From contig JAEHCO010000003.1 of assembly GCA_020697715.1 (NCBI GenBank), positions 64,001 to 128,000 of the forward strand: DNA of 64,000 nucleotides. The letters are read 5' to 3'. The notes below the pieces were generated by a model, which was not told the origin of the DNA, made no database searches, and saw nothing but the letters and a program-made list of their open reading frames with translations. Positions 37,953 to 49,271 of the stretch are shown piece after piece; position 1 is the first letter of the stretch, and the number at the start of each line of letters is the position of its first letter. The DNA comes from Methanobacteriota archaeon (GTDB lineage Archaea > Thermoplasmatota > Thermoplasmata > SG8-5 > JAGLSY01). The position numbers and the translations under genes were made by a program.

Positions 37953-40088
37953 TCACTCTTTTACCTGATCCTTTATGCTCTTTGCAGTGATATCTCCTAT
38001 CATCGGTACTTTACTGATATCCTTGAGCGTGGCTCTTTGTATGGCTGATATATCTTTGTAGCCAGCGCGGAAAAGAGATCGAGCTCTTTTCCTCCCAATA
38101 CCTCTCAATTTGACCAATGGAACAAGCTCTTCCTTTATTCCGCTCTTCACCCTCAATACCATTTCATTGAGGTCTTCGGTCATGCGGCTTCCGAAAAGTC
38201 TGGCGATCTCTCTCATGGAGTATGTGAGCCATTCTGCAGTATCCACTCTATTCCTGATGTCCCCGGGCCCGACATTGTATTTCAGAACAATGTCGTTCTC
38301 CTCGACTTCTTCCATCCAGTCATTTATTAAGAGCGCGGTCTTAACCTCTCCAAGGAAGAAATCAAATTCTATGCCATCTGGAATTGGCAGAAGGAAATCA
38401 TCCATATTTTCCTCCACCATTTTCTCCACCCAATCATAGTCCTTCTTTCTCATGTAGAGGGTGTACATATCCGGTGTCGAGCACACTGCTTGAAGTATTC
38501 CCAGTATGCTTTTCGTTTTATCTTCTCCAGCTTCTATCGCATTACGCAATTGAACTGCGGACAGAGGGTCGATATAGAGATCGGATGTTCGCTTGCCGAA
38601 CAATGTCGTTTTCAGTCCGTCATCTGTTCTGATCAATTCTTCTTTTTCCAGGAACTCCAATATTTCCATGATCTTGCTCTCGATGGACCAGATCTCGCTT
38701 TGATGGGCGAAGAAGGTTCCACCCATGAACTCCATAAGCTCTTCTTCATCGACCGCGAACCCTGTCGCGATGGTGGCCAGTATATGCATTCTCAGGGCAG
38801 ATTCATTACCTAATTTGGAGGATACAGCTTCTACATCTCCAAGAATATAATTCTCGAGTATCTTTCTTCTTTGATACTCATCTTTAGCTATCAGAATTCC
38901 CTCACCATGGGGATCGAATTGCGGTCTACCAGCTCTGCCACACATCTGCCTTATCTCAAGGACCGGGATAGGGACATTGCCATAGTTCGCATCGAACCTG
39001 GTGAGATCTCTTACGATCACCCTACGGGCGGGCAAGTTAATGCCTGCAGCCAGTGTCGGTGTAGCGACAATGCATTTGATATTCCTTTCTCGGAAGTTCT
39101 TTTCAATGAACTTCCGCTGTATATTGGTAAGGCCAGCATTATGGAAGGCAATACCTCCCTCCACACATCTTCCCAATCTCGCCCCGAAAGATGTTGGCTC
39201 TTCCTCCTTTTTTGATAATTGATCGGCCAGGCTCTTAAGTTTTACAGCTTCCTTCTCATCCAAAAGTTTCGTATTCGCCTTGCCCAATCTCTCGGCCAGG
39301 CTCTCGGTCGAACGCCTGGTATTAACGAAGACCAGGCATTGCCCCTCATCCTCGATCGTGTCGAGCACCAGTGACACGATATTGTGCTTCCTGTCCATGA
39401 TCGGTCTTATGGTATTATCCAGAAATTCTATCCTATTTCCATCAGAGTTCTTATCTTCAAGATATATGCCGTATTTCAGGTCAACAGGTCTCCAATCACT
39501 GGCAACATGGGCCGCATCAAGCCAGATAGACAGATCCAATGAATTGCTTATGGTCGCGGAAAGGGCTATGATCTGCAATTCGGGATTTACCAGTTTCATT
39601 TTTGTCAAGGTGACTTCCAGGGTGGGCCCTCTGTTTGGGTCATTGAGAAGATGCACTTCATCCGCGACCACCACTGTCATCTTATCCAGCCAGCGTGTTC
39701 TGTGACGGAGAAGGGAATCTGCCTTCTCCGATGTCGCGACAACAATATCCAGTCTTTCCAATGAAGGATCTGGGTCATCAAAATCTCCTGTTGCCATCCC
39801 CACTCTTATTCCAAGAACTTCGAATGCCTTCAGCTCATCATATTTTTCATTGGCCAGGGCTTTGAGAGGCACTATGTACAGGGCTTTGCCCCCTTGCAAT
39901 ACGGATCTTATCACACCGATATAGGCGACAAGTGATTTCCCGCTGGCTGTGGGAACTGCGAGTACAAGCGATCTCCCTTCAACTACATGTCCTATGGCAT
40001 CTGCTTGAGGGGGGTAAAGCTCCTGAATTCCTTGACCCTGCAGGATCTCTATCATGCGTTTGTCAATAGGCAATTCATCTGTCTTCAT
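37953..40088 (-). CDS. hel308: Hel308/Hjm Ski2-like DNA helicase
   Basis: PTASGKS, DEVH, LSAT, TPTLAAGINLPAR, QMCGRAGRP, C-terminal RGIGRKRARSL HhH. Confidence 0.95.
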   Translation of the reverse strand: MKTDELPIDKRMIEILQGQGIQELYPPQADAIGHVVEGRSLVLAVPTASGKSLVAYIGVIRSVLQGGKALYIVPLKALANEKYDELKAFEVLGIRVGMATGDFDDPDPSLERLDIVVATSEKADSLLRHRTRWLDKMTVVVADEVHLLNDPNRGPTLEVTLTKMKLVNPELQIIALSATISNSLDLSIWLDAAHVASDWRPVDLKYGIYLEDKNSDGNRIEFLDNTIRPIMDRKHNIVSLVLDTIEDEGQCLVFVNTRRSTESLAERLGKANTKLLDEKEAVKLKSLADQLSKKEEEPTSFGARLGRCVEGGIAFHNAGLTNIQRKFIEKNFRERNIKCIVATPTLAAGINLPARRVIVRDLTRFDANYGNVPIPVLEIRQMCGRAGRPQFDPHGEGILIAKDEYQRRKILENYILGDVEAVSSKLGNESALRMHILATIATGFAVDEEELMEFMGGTFFAHQSEIWSIESKIMEILEFLEKEELIRTDDGLKTTLFGKRTSDLYIDPLSAVQLRNAIEAGEDKTKSILGILQAVCSTPDMYTLYMRKKDYDWVEKMVEENMDDFLLPIPDGIEFDFFLGEVKTALLINDWMEEVEENDIVLKYNVGPGDIRNRVDTAEWLTYSMREIARLFGSRMTEDLNEMVLRVKSGIKEELVPLVKLRGIGRKRARSLFRAGYKDISAIQRATLKDISKVPMIGDITAKSIKDQVKE

Positions 40089-43000
40089 TTTTCATCCACA
40101 GGCTTATTCGATGTAGTACTATCTTCTGATCCTTCATCTGCAGAGGCATCTTCGTCTGCATCATGTTCAGGATCATCATCTTCCATATCTTGAGCTACTT
40201 CATCCTCTTCAATTTCAGAGAGTTCATCATCTGTGCTTTTCTCAATGTTCGGTCGAGCTTTTTTCTTCGTCAATATCAGGGCTGCCAATATGATGATCAC
40301 AAGAATTATTATCGGGATCAAATAAGCCAGCCATGGTGTTTCAGTTCCTGGAACGGATAATTCAGTACCCAGTTCATTTCCAAGGTTCTGCATATCATCA
40401 AGTGTGGATGCCGTGTTCCCAGATTTGTCAGTTGCATTGATGTAATAATACACTATTCCACTTTTTGATTGAGCTGGTATAGTGAAGGAATATACATCGC
40501 CTGTTTGATTATTGCTCATTGTCCTTTTCACCCACAGGTCACCACCAACAGCTTTGAAATAGAGTATGACCTCCTCGAGCTCAACATTATCAGTGACATT
40601 TGCAGAGATCTTTATAGATTTATCATCGAGGACCTCCGCATCTTGAAGCTCTATGATGGGTACGGTCAAGTCCACTATATCTATAGACCTTAGTGGACTA
40701 TCATTTTGATTGCCATGGATGTCAGTTGCAGATATATTGTATGTCACAAGGCCGACATCATCCTGTTGTGGAATAATTGCCTGATACTTTTCAGATGCAC
40801 TGTCAAAGCTGAGGTTCATATATTTGGTGAAAAGAGATCCGATCTCCCAATAGGACATTGTCACATCCTGAATATCTGAGAAGTCTGTCACATTCACACT
40901 AATGGGTATCGCTTGGCCCACTGGCTGTTCAGTTATATTTGACATCTCGATCTCTGGCATCGTCATATCCAAAACATCGAACATGTACGGAGTTGTATTT
41001 CCCGTATTGCCGATAATGTCACTTGCCCAAATATAAAAGGACACATCGCCCAGAGCATTCTGAGCTGGTATTGTGGCCGAGAACTTATCCTCATTGAGGT
41101 CTGTGATATTCTCCATGTCCAAGGAGTTGGAATATGCAATATCGGAAACTCCTCTGTAATACAATTTGATATCATCTATCTCGCCATGGTAGTCCTTGAC
41201 CTCCGTGCTTATGGTCACAGGTTCATCATAATTTGCATCGAAAGAACCATTCTGAAGTATCGTGAATATCGAGTCAGATGTACTTATGACCAGTTGAAGC
41301 TGAATAGAAGGAGGATCCATGTCCACTCCTGTACTGAAGCCCCATGAATAACTTCCTTCCAATGCATTGTCAGAAATATCCTTAGGGCCATTGTTCAGAG
41401 ACACTGTATATGTCGAACTGTAAAGCAATGGATCAAGAGGTGATAATTTCACCTCATCGCTATAATCGGACCAGGTTATGAAGAAATCATTTATGTCGAA
41501 GGTAGTGTTTCCACCGACCATGGAGAAAGCAGCTTCCACACTGGGTCTGTCCATTGGCTCGGAGAATTCGATATAGATCGATCTGAATATCGAAACATTA
41601 GTGGAGCCATCAAGTGGAGATGCCGAGATCAATACAGGTGCTGTTATGTCCGAGACAATATTACTCGAATGGTATACGTTTATGCCGACCTCTCTGTAAT
41701 CTCGCCATACCATAGACACATCACCATAGGCATTGCAGGCGATCGCGGGGAAGTTCTTAGTTTCGATGCTTTCATCATTGACCACATCATAACCTGTGAA
41801 GGTGATCCCACCATCTGATGATGAATATAGAAATACCTGGTAGCCTCCAAGTCTGGAATCTATCCATGTGACATATATCATACCATCATCGGGGGTGACA
41901 GCTATATCCGATGCTTGCTGAACCGCAGTGTTACCATCGATTATCTTCACACTACTAAATCCATCTGATGAGTTAGAATAATGGATATCATATATTGGAT
42001 TGCCCGCACTTCCTCCAGTCTCTTTTTGCCAGGAAATATGGACTATTCCCGTACTCTTATCGACATCCAGTGCGGGATTGTTCTCCACCTTGCTTGTGAT
42101 AGAGATGCCGATATCTTTAGAAAAGCTAGCCCCTTTGTCTGTTGAGTTTGCGTAATAAACCCCCTCATTGGTTGTTCTATCATCACTCCAAGCCACATAA
42201 GTGATATTGTTGCTATCCATTGCGGAATCTGGTGAATTCTTCAATCCTTCAAGTGTGTCTGAGACCACAATAGGATCACTGAATGTCTGGCCACCATCTT
42301 CAGAGAAAACAGAGAATACCTGACTCTCTATAAATCCCTTCATAACGGAATTCCCTCCTCCTGTGGCTATCTGTCCATTTGTTTGTGACCAATCCAGTGC
42401 ATACACACTGTTCCTGTGACTGCTGAGATTGACGATATCTATTCCTGTATCTGTATCCCATATTTTTGAATCTGGGTCAGATGCAGCTGATGCCAATTGA
42501 TCAGTCACTTCATTCCAATGTAGATCATTCACACTGCCTTCATGACCACTTAGCCAGTATTGATCCATGTGATTGGTATGGTTGAATACCAATATCGAAT
42601 TATTTGTAAGTCCCGCAGCGATGAAGGCATCATCTGGTGACCAGGCTACTGAGCTGACTTTTTCTCCGATATTGATCTCATCCACCAAACTGCCATTCGT
42701 GGTGTCCCATATCTTCACATTGGTGGCAGCAGTAGCCGCAAGATCTCCAGCATGACTGAATTTGACATCCATAACCGAGCCACTATCTCCGCCTCCTGAT
42801 TTCTCATTCACGGTGAAGGCACTCCAATCACTGGTGTTCCAGATAGTGATATTAAAGTATTCGCCAGGTAATCCAAAGAAAGAAGTGGCTTTTTCTTTAC
42901 CATTATAAGCAACTGCTATCTGCCCCATGTCATCGGAAACATCCACTGCATTTGCAGGATTATCCAATAACATGCCTCCAACTACATTAAGATCATTCAA

Positions 43001-43840
43001 CTCAGCTAGGCTGACTGGATCCCATATCTTCACGGATCCATCCCATGAACTGCTGACAAATTTGGAACCATCACTGTACCATGCTATGTCTGTTACTTTT
43101 TCACTGTGTTGACTGATGGTATTTGATTCTGCCCAGGTGGCAGTATCCCAGACCTTCACTGTGTGATCCTCGGAGCCAGATATCAATTTTGTTCCATCCG
43201 GGGAATAATCCAGTCCTCTTACTGCCCCAGTATGGCCATCCAGGGCATTTATAAGGTCTCCACTTGCAGCATCCCATATTCGTATGGAATTATCTGTTCC
43301 TGTATCCACCCAGGTAACTGCCACATTCTCACCATTGGCAGCCACTGTCGGCCAGCTTTGAATGGAATTGTTCATGTCCGCAACTTCCTGTGGATCATCA
43401 AAGGTCTTTCCACCATCCCTCGATCTGCTTATGAGCACATGACCTGCTTCATTCGAGTCCTGCCAGACGATATACACATCCTCCCCGCCTCCATTTGTTA
43501 TGGCGGGCATTATCTGATTTCCATTTGTGTTCAGATTGACGATCTTATCCTTTGTGAAGCTGGTACCATTGTTGGAGCTATAGGAAACGTATATGTCTTT
43601 GTTACCGCCTCTTTCTTCTCCCCAGGTGGTCACGATCCTTCCGGAATCAAGGACTGTGACGCCGATATTTGTTTTCAAGCCAGTGTAACTCTCATCATTC
43701 ACCAATATGTTATCGGCTAGATCAATGGCATCAACCGTAGTATACGCATTCATTATCAAGCTGGATAACATGGTCGTTATCAGCAATATCGTTATAAATA
43801 GGGTGAATTTTTTTTTCAAGCAGACCACCTTTATAGGCAT
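40085..43840 (-). CDS. Membrane-anchored secreted protein with Asp-box/BNR repeats, a WD40 propeller and Ig-like domains
   Basis: Signal peptide after MPIKVV (ATG 43840); SxDGGxTF repeats; GHTGAV...SGSEDHTVKVWD WD40 repeats; EFSEPMD Big_5; C-terminal TM. Confidence 0.87.
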   Translation of the reverse strand: MPIKVVCLKKKFTLFITILLITTMLSSLIMNAYTTVDAIDLADNILVNDESYTGLKTNIGVTVLDSGRIVTTWGEERGGNKDIYVSYSSNNGTSFTKDKIVNLNTNGNQIMPAITNGGGEDVYIVWQDSNEAGHVLISRSRDGGKTFDDPQEVADMNNSIQSWPTVAANGENVAVTWVDTGTDNSIRIWDAASGDLINALDGHTGAVRGLDYSPDGTKLISGSEDHTVKVWDTATWAESNTISQHSEKVTDIAWYSDGSKFVSSSWDGSVKIWDPVSLAELNDLNVVGGMLLDNPANAVDVSDDMGQIAVAYNGKEKATSFFGLPGEYFNITIWNTSDWSAFTVNEKSGGGDSGSVMDVKFSHAGDLAATAATNVKIWDTTNGSLVDEINIGEKVSSVAWSPDDAFIAAGLTNNSILVFNHTNHMDQYWLSGHEGSVNDLHWNEVTDQLASAASDPDSKIWDTDTGIDIVNLSSHRNSVYALDWSQTNGQIATGGGNSVMKGFIESQVFSVFSEDGGQTFSDPIVVSDTLEGLKNSPDSAMDSNNITYVAWSDDRTTNEGVYYANSTDKGASFSKDIGISITSKVENNPALDVDKSTGIVHISWQKETGGSAGNPIYDIHYSNSSDGFSSVKIIDGNTAVQQASDIAVTPDDGMIYVTWIDSRLGGYQVFLYSSSDGGITFTGYDVVNDESIETKNFPAIACNAYGDVSMVWRDYREVGINVYHSSNIVSDITAPVLISASPLDGSTNVSIFRSIYIEFSEPMDRPSVEAAFSMVGGNTTFDINDFFITWSDYSDEVKLSPLDPLLYSSTYTVSLNNGPKDISDNALEGSYSWGFSTGVDMDPPSIQLQLVISTSDSIFTILQNGSFDANYDEPVTISTEVKDYHGEIDDIKLYYRGVSDIAYSNSLDMENITDLNEDKFSATIPAQNALGDVSFYIWASDIIGNTGNTTPYMFDVLDMTMPEIEMSNITEQPVGQAIPISVNVTDFSDIQDVTMSYWEIGSLFTKYMNLSFDSASEKYQAIIPQQDDVGLVTYNISATDIHGNQNDSPLRSIDIVDLTVPIIELQDAEVLDDKSIKISANVTDNVELEEVILYFKAVGGDLWVKRTMSNNQTGDVYSFTIPAQSKSGIVYYYINATDKSGNTASTLDDMQNLGNELGTELSVPGTETPWLAYLIPIIILVIIILAALILTKKKARPNIEKSTDDELSEIEEDEVAQDMEDDDPEHDADEDASADEGSEDSTTSNKPVDEK

Positions 43841-43979
43841 TGTATTACATATTTTAATATTATAGACTTTCGCTAATTGTATATCGCGTGTGACATATGC
43901 GCGATATTCGCATGTTTCATATGTGGTTATTGATATGATATTATTACTACAAATATGATATTTTATCCATTTATGAATA

Positions 43980-44456
43980 TCATTTGCTGATCTTGGAGGT
44001 TCTATTGACGATCTCAAATCCTTTCCTGGTTATCAGCCTATCATTTTCATGCTTCAGTAGTTTCATGGCTTCCTCTTCCCCAGACCATAGATAATCGCTG
44101 AATTCTTTTTCCATATTCAGCGTGGGGTCTCCATCCACCTTCATCAAGAAATAATGAACGCTCTTATTGTAGTTCATATCATCCGGATACCAGAAAAAGG
44201 TATATCGGACGATGCCAACTGGCCTGTCGATATAAGGTTCTTCGATACCGGATTCCTCAGTTACCTCCCTAAGGGCGTTCTCCCTCAGGGTCTCCCCCTC
44301 TTCCCGTTTGCCTTTTGGCAGTACCCAGATCTTCTCCACTTTCCTCTTCATGATGAGAACTTTATTATCCTCATTAAATAGGATCCCACCGGCTGATACT
44401 ACAAGCTCCGTGGGTTTATCTGGGTTTGGTGGGCCGGTCATTCTCTGATTTCCCAT
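43980..44456 (-). CDS. Nudix hydrolase (Ap4A hydrolase-like)
   Basis: SAGG, WVLPKGKREEGETLRENALREVTEESG Nudix box, VHYFL. Confidence 0.9.
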   Translation of the reverse strand: MGNQRMTGPPNPDKPTELVVSAGGILFNEDNKVLIMKRKVEKIWVLPKGKREEGETLRENALREVTEESGIEEPYIDRPVGIVRYTFFWYPDDMNYNKSVHYFLMKVDGDPTLNMEKEFSDYLWSGEEEAMKLLKHENDRLITRKGFEIVNRTSKISK

Positions 44457-46540
44457 TAGATCACCTCAGCGGTACTAGAGCCGTCTTCCAATCTCTTCAC
44501 CACGATGGCATTCCCGAGCATATCCTTAACATCCTCTACATGGGTTATCAGGAATATCTGTTTAAATCTATTGCTAAGACCTGCCAAAGCCGAGAATATA
44601 TTGTTCCTGCGACTAAGGTCTTGGCTGCCGAATATCTCATCCAGGATTATGAAATCCATGCCACCTGATCCCGCTCTCTCGGCAATGACCTGAGATATGG
44701 CCAATCTCAGACATAGATTGGCCAGGTCCTTTTCTCCGCCCGAGAATCTATCTATGGAATGAATATCACTCTCATCGGTCATCGTTATCTCGTAATCCTC
44801 ATTGAGAAGTATCTCATTGTATCTTGAATCTGTTAGAAGACTGATAAGCCTGGACGAGGATTGTGACAGTCCAGGTCGTATTCTGGATATCATATGGGTT
44901 TTGAACCCGCCAAGGACCTCATCGAGTTTCAGTAGCAGATCCAGTTCCTTCTTCTTGGCCTTGAATCCCTCTGCAAGGCCATCCAGCTCTTTCAATTCCT
45001 TCTCCAGAGCGGAGGTCCTGACCTCCAAACGCCCAGCCTTTTCCCTGGCCTGGCTGGACTCTCTTTCTATCTTTCTGATCTCGATAGAAAGTTTTTCAAC
45101 ACTTGCCTTGAGCTTTTCATAACTGGCCTCATCGAATTCCAGTTCTTTCAATTTCTTCTCTGTCTTTGAAAGTTTATCCTGTTTTTCCTCGAGGTCTTTA
45201 TTGGTATCCTCAAGTTTTTTCTTGAGGTCACTGGATCTTTCCATCTTGGCCTTCAGTTTGTCGAATTCTCTTTTCTTCTCATTGAGTATCCTCTCTCTCT
45301 TATCCAGGGCTTTCATTCTCGCATCCAGGCCCATCATCTTCTCCTCGATGGCCTCCGCCTTTTTGCCAGCTTCTTCTTTCTCTTTCAAGAATTTCGCCCT
45401 GTGTTTGCCAAAGGATGTCAGTAGTTTTTCATATGTGGCTCCCAGCTTTCTTTGGCATGTGGGGCACTCACTTTCAGCCCCCAGGCCTTCGATATCTTTG
45501 ATATTGGCATCGATCTCTGAAATATCCTTGCCAAGTATCCTGATGCTGGCTTTCAGCTCGCCAGCATTTGCCTTGATCTCATCTCTTTCTTTTCTTGCCA
45601 TATTCCTTTTCTCAGAGACACCGTCAAGCTCTTTGTCGATCTTATTGATGGATCCCTTCTGTTTGATGAATTCCTTCTCACTTTCTTTCAGAGCCTTGAT
45701 CTCCACATCCAGCTCCTTGCTCTTTTGCTTAAAGGAGGTGATGGTCGCTTTCAGAGAGGCCTTCTCGCGCAGGGCGATATTAAGAGCCTTAGATTTTTCA
45801 TCAAGGCTCTTGACCTTCTTTTTTGTCTCTTTCAACTCTTCATCTTTCTTTTTCAGTATCTTGTCATTATCCTTCTGGATCTTTGCCTCTACCTTATCCC
45901 TCGCCCTGAATTCTTTGAGCTCCAACTGTATGATCTTGATCTTTTCTTTTCCATCATCATCATAGAGTCTTTTTCTGACTTCCTTCAGGCTGGCATCTGC
46001 ATATCTTTTGTCTTCCCTCAGGAGTTTGATAGCATCATCAATATCCTGGATGCCCAACATCCGAAGTATCTCCTCCCGCCTTTTGGCCGGCTGCAAGGTC
46101 GTCAGTGCGTTCAATTCCTTTTGTTGAGCAAAGACCGAGATGAAAAAGGCCTTGTGATCCATTCCCAGTATCTTCTCGATGGCCTCCGTGGTCTCCCTGG
46201 TACCATTGGCCAATATCTTGCCATCAGCCAATAAGGTGGCGGACATGGAAAGGGTCTTGCCAGTCATTTTTCTATGGATCCTGTAGGTGGATCTATTAAG
46301 TTCGAATTCGAGGATCGCCTCACAAGGATCGGAGTGAGCCGCGCCCTGTCTTTTTACTCCTTCTCTATCAGTTCGGACTATGGCTTTCTCATTCCCATAA
46401 AGAGCCCATGCCACGGCCTCCAGAAGACTGGACTTGCCAGTTCCATTGAGACCGATGACCCCTATCAGGCCATTGGGGAATTCCAGCTCCAGGTTCTTGA
46501 AGCGTCTGTAATTCTTCAGCTGAAGGTAGGCCAATCTCAT
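44456..46540 (-). CDS. rad50: Rad50 ATPase
   Basis: GLNGTGKSS Walker A, Q-loop, CPTC zinc hook, FSGGE signature, ILDE, ITH. Confidence 0.93.
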   Translation of the reverse strand: MRLAYLQLKNYRRFKNLELEFPNGLIGVIGLNGTGKSSLLEAVAWALYGNEKAIVRTDREGVKRQGAAHSDPCEAILEFELNRSTYRIHRKMTGKTLSMSATLLADGKILANGTRETTEAIEKILGMDHKAFFISVFAQQKELNALTTLQPAKRREEILRMLGIQDIDDAIKLLREDKRYADASLKEVRKRLYDDDGKEKIKIIQLELKEFRARDKVEAKIQKDNDKILKKKDEELKETKKKVKSLDEKSKALNIALREKASLKATITSFKQKSKELDVEIKALKESEKEFIKQKGSINKIDKELDGVSEKRNMARKERDEIKANAGELKASIRILGKDISEIDANIKDIEGLGAESECPTCQRKLGATYEKLLTSFGKHRAKFLKEKEEAGKKAEAIEEKMMGLDARMKALDKRERILNEKKREFDKLKAKMERSSDLKKKLEDTNKDLEEKQDKLSKTEKKLKELEFDEASYEKLKASVEKLSIEIRKIERESSQAREKAGRLEVRTSALEKELKELDGLAEGFKAKKKELDLLLKLDEVLGGFKTHMISRIRPGLSQSSSRLISLLTDSRYNEILLNEDYEITMTDESDIHSIDRFSGGEKDLANLCLRLAISQVIAERAGSGGMDFIILDEIFGSQDLSRRNNIFSALAGLSNRFKQIFLITHVEDVKDMLGNAIVVKRLEDGSSTAEVI

Positions 46541-47658
46541 CAACTGTCCCCTCCAGCTTTTTCAATATACTCAAGCCCTCGTGTTCTGAGGGCTTCTTTA
46601 TCAATTCCTTCCACGGCCTTTTGTTCGATATAGCCAGCAAATTCTTTTTCCAGTGAATCGAACACAGATTCGCCGGATGAAATGGCCTGCTCGCTGGATG
46701 TCAGCTCCGCCTTGATCTCGAAATGCAGGCTTTCCTTCATCCTTTTCTTCAAATTGCCAGTGTCCAGAAGATGATACTCACTGGAACTCACATCGATCAG
46801 TTTCAGCCGGATGATCTTACCATCAGGCTGCACCCTTGCCAGTTTTTTGTCAATGGCTTCCATGATATCCTGTGATTTCAAACCCTGGCATTTGATCGGG
46901 CCGATATCCTGCATTTCTCTAATGTCGATCGTATGGAACTTCCACTTGCCAGATTCTAGATCCAGCATCACGAAGCCTTTATTCTGGCCGACCTCGCCAA
47001 AGCCCAGTCTTTCGGTCGAGCCTGCATAGACCGCGTTTGCAGTCACCTCGCAATGATCGTGATAATGACCAAGCGCGATGTAGTCAAAGTCCTTGCTCAG
47101 ATTTCCGGATTGAGCAAGCTGTTCATTGAACTCGCCTGTTTTGAAAACACTCAGGCCAGCCACACCCGCATGAAGCATCGCGATATTGTGCTTGAACTTC
47201 TTGTCTGGTTTTAGCTTTTTCAACTGTTCGTCAAAAGTATCCTTATCAATGCAATGCGGCAAAGCATGGACCTTCAACTCTCCGAACTTCAAGGTCTCCA
47301 GCTGGCTTCTGTAAACCGGAAATACGGATTCGATATGCTCGAAGAGCCTGAACACGCTCCCCGTTTCTCTAAGGCGGGGAGCCTCATGGTTGCCAGCTAT
47401 CATCACCAGTGGTATGCCGACCTCTGATAATCGAAGTATCTCCTCCATAGCGAAAGATATCGCGCGATTGGTCGGCCTCACCGTGTCGAAGAGATCGCCA
47501 GAATGAAGCACCAGGTCTGGTTTTTCCCGGATCGCGAAGTCAATTATTTGGGAAAAGGAATTCTGGATATCCACCTCACGCTGATTGTATCCGTTCTCAT
47601 CCAGCTTATTGTAAGTGCTGTAGCCGATATGGCTGTCGGAGAAATGTAGTATTTTCAT
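46540..47658 (-). CDS. mre11: Mre11 nuclease
   Basis: SDSHIG, SGDLFD, AGNHE, ALGHYH. Confidence 0.93.
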   Translation of the reverse strand: MKILHFSDSHIGYSTYNKLDENGYNQREVDIQNSFSQIIDFAIREKPDLVLHSGDLFDTVRPTNRAISFAMEEILRLSEVGIPLVMIAGNHEAPRLRETGSVFRLFEHIESVFPVYRSQLETLKFGELKVHALPHCIDKDTFDEQLKKLKPDKKFKHNIAMLHAGVAGLSVFKTGEFNEQLAQSGNLSKDFDYIALGHYHDHCEVTANAVYAGSTERLGFGEVGQNKGFVMLDLESGKWKFHTIDIREMQDIGPIKCQGLKSQDIMEAIDKKLARVQPDGKIIRLKLIDVSSSEYHLLDTGNLKKRMKESLHFEIKAELTSSEQAISSGESVFDSLEKEFAGYIEQKAVEGIDKEALRTRGLEYIEKAGGDS

Positions 47659-47719
47659 TCTGTCTCCATTTTTCTTATGTCATTCGATTATATAGATCAT
47701 ATCGATCATGCCAGTATCC

Positions 47720-49270
47720 TTAGAAAAAGGATGTGTCTACCTTTTTCTTCTCCGGTATATTGACCTTCACGGTCTTGATGTAATCTTCGTAAAGATCTAT
47801 TTTGAGTGGTAATGCGAAAGGCGTCTTGGGTGAGACAACCAGTCCCTCGCCGACCATGAGTGTTTGTATCTCATGGTCCAATTTGGAAACATCCTGCCTC
47901 GCGGAGCTGGCCAGCTTTTCCCTGTCCATCTTATCCGCCAGTCCCAGGATGAATAGTGAGTTAAATTGGGATATGACCTGCGAATCGATAAGCTTCGGCT
48001 GCTGTGAAACTGCACAAAGCCCGGTCTTGAACTTTCGGCCTTCTCTCGCTATTTGGCCGAAGATACTTCCCTTCGATCTGTCCAGCACCCGTTGTGCCTC
48101 TTCCAGCACTATCATGGTGGGCGGCATCTTCTCGAATTCCTTCATCTCTTTGTATATTTTCTTATTCCTGTCGAAAAGAGTGCGCACAAGCACGCTGGAT
48201 ATCAGTAATTCCTCACGCTCGCCAGCACCTGACACATCCACCAATACGACCAATCCTTCTCGCAGTTGTTGGATGACCGTGTCTGTCATGGACACGGTGT
48301 CATCGAATGTTATGAGTGGTGAGCTGGCGATGGATTCAATGCGCCGCTTGACCACGCCTATTGTTCCTTCATGGAATCTGGGCTGATATTGTTCGATAAG
48401 CGCCTCGATCCCAGTATCATTCAGATATTGAAGCCATTTCCTTCCGTGACGGCCACGTACCGCGCTAAGGAATTCCACCTGCGGTTCGGATAATGAGTAA
48501 ATATTGCCAACATCCTGAGGTCCGATCTCACTGGCCGCGATCCTGACATCCGAAACATTTCCCTCCACCTCGCGGGTGACATAGCATCTCAATTTCTGAG
48601 TGGCCAGTGGGTGATCCTTCAATCCTTTGAGCTCGGATTTACCACCATTGATATATTCCCCATGTGGATCAAGTATCAACATTCCCACCTGGCCAGACTC
48701 AAGGACCGAGCCTGCGAATCTCTTCATCAAATTGCTCTTACCCATGCCCGTGGTGGCGAAGACACCCAGATGGTGGCACAATACATCTGTGTGGACCCCG
48801 ACTGGCACGCTGTCGATCGTGCGCTCGCCACTTCGAAGAACTCCGACTGTCATATCACCCAAATAATCCTTGAGGAACTTGTAATCCTCATCCCCGGCAT
48901 GTCGGACCTTGGAGAAGTGGGCGGGAATGGTCTTCGGTTTCTTGAACTTCCCACCATCCAGATATCCCAGGGGTGCGCATACCGCGACATTGAATAATCT
49001 TCTTTCCTCATCATAGATATTGTAATTCTCATCGCGATTGTCCATGTCCATCATATTACCAGCAGCGCGTGATGCCCAATCCGATTCCCTGGCCTCCACG
49101 CCGTGCATGAGATTGATAACTCGCAGAAGGAAACGGCGGGACGATGCATCGTCCAGTCCGATCAATATCTCTCCGAGGAAGATGTCCTCATCCTTGAAGG
49201 ATCTGAAATGTATCTCCGTAACATCCTTTCCGATAACTCTGCCTAGTCCTGTATTATTGTTTCCTGTCAT
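47720..49270 (-). CDS. herA: HerA helicase/translocase
   Basis: N-terminal HAS barrel, ATTGMGKS, LDPHGEY, LEEAQ, AREGRKF, SQQP. Confidence 0.93.
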   Translation of the reverse strand: MTGNNNTGLGRVIGKDVTEIHFRSFKDEDIFLGEILIGLDDASSRRFLLRVINLMHGVEARESDWASRAAGNMMDMDNRDENYNIYDEERRLFNVAVCAPLGYLDGGKFKKPKTIPAHFSKVRHAGDEDYKFLKDYLGDMTVGVLRSGERTIDSVPVGVHTDVLCHHLGVFATTGMGKSNLMKRFAGSVLESGQVGMLILDPHGEYINGGKSELKGLKDHPLATQKLRCYVTREVEGNVSDVRIAASEIGPQDVGNIYSLSEPQVEFLSAVRGRHGRKWLQYLNDTGIEALIEQYQPRFHEGTIGVVKRRIESIASSPLITFDDTVSMTDTVIQQLREGLVVLVDVSGAGEREELLISSVLVRTLFDRNKKIYKEMKEFEKMPPTMIVLEEAQRVLDRSKGSIFGQIAREGRKFKTGLCAVSQQPKLIDSQVISQFNSLFILGLADKMDREKLASSARQDVSKLDHEIQTLMVGEGLVVSPKTPFALPLKIDLYEDYIKTVKVNIPEKKKVDTSFF

Positions 49271-49271
49271 A

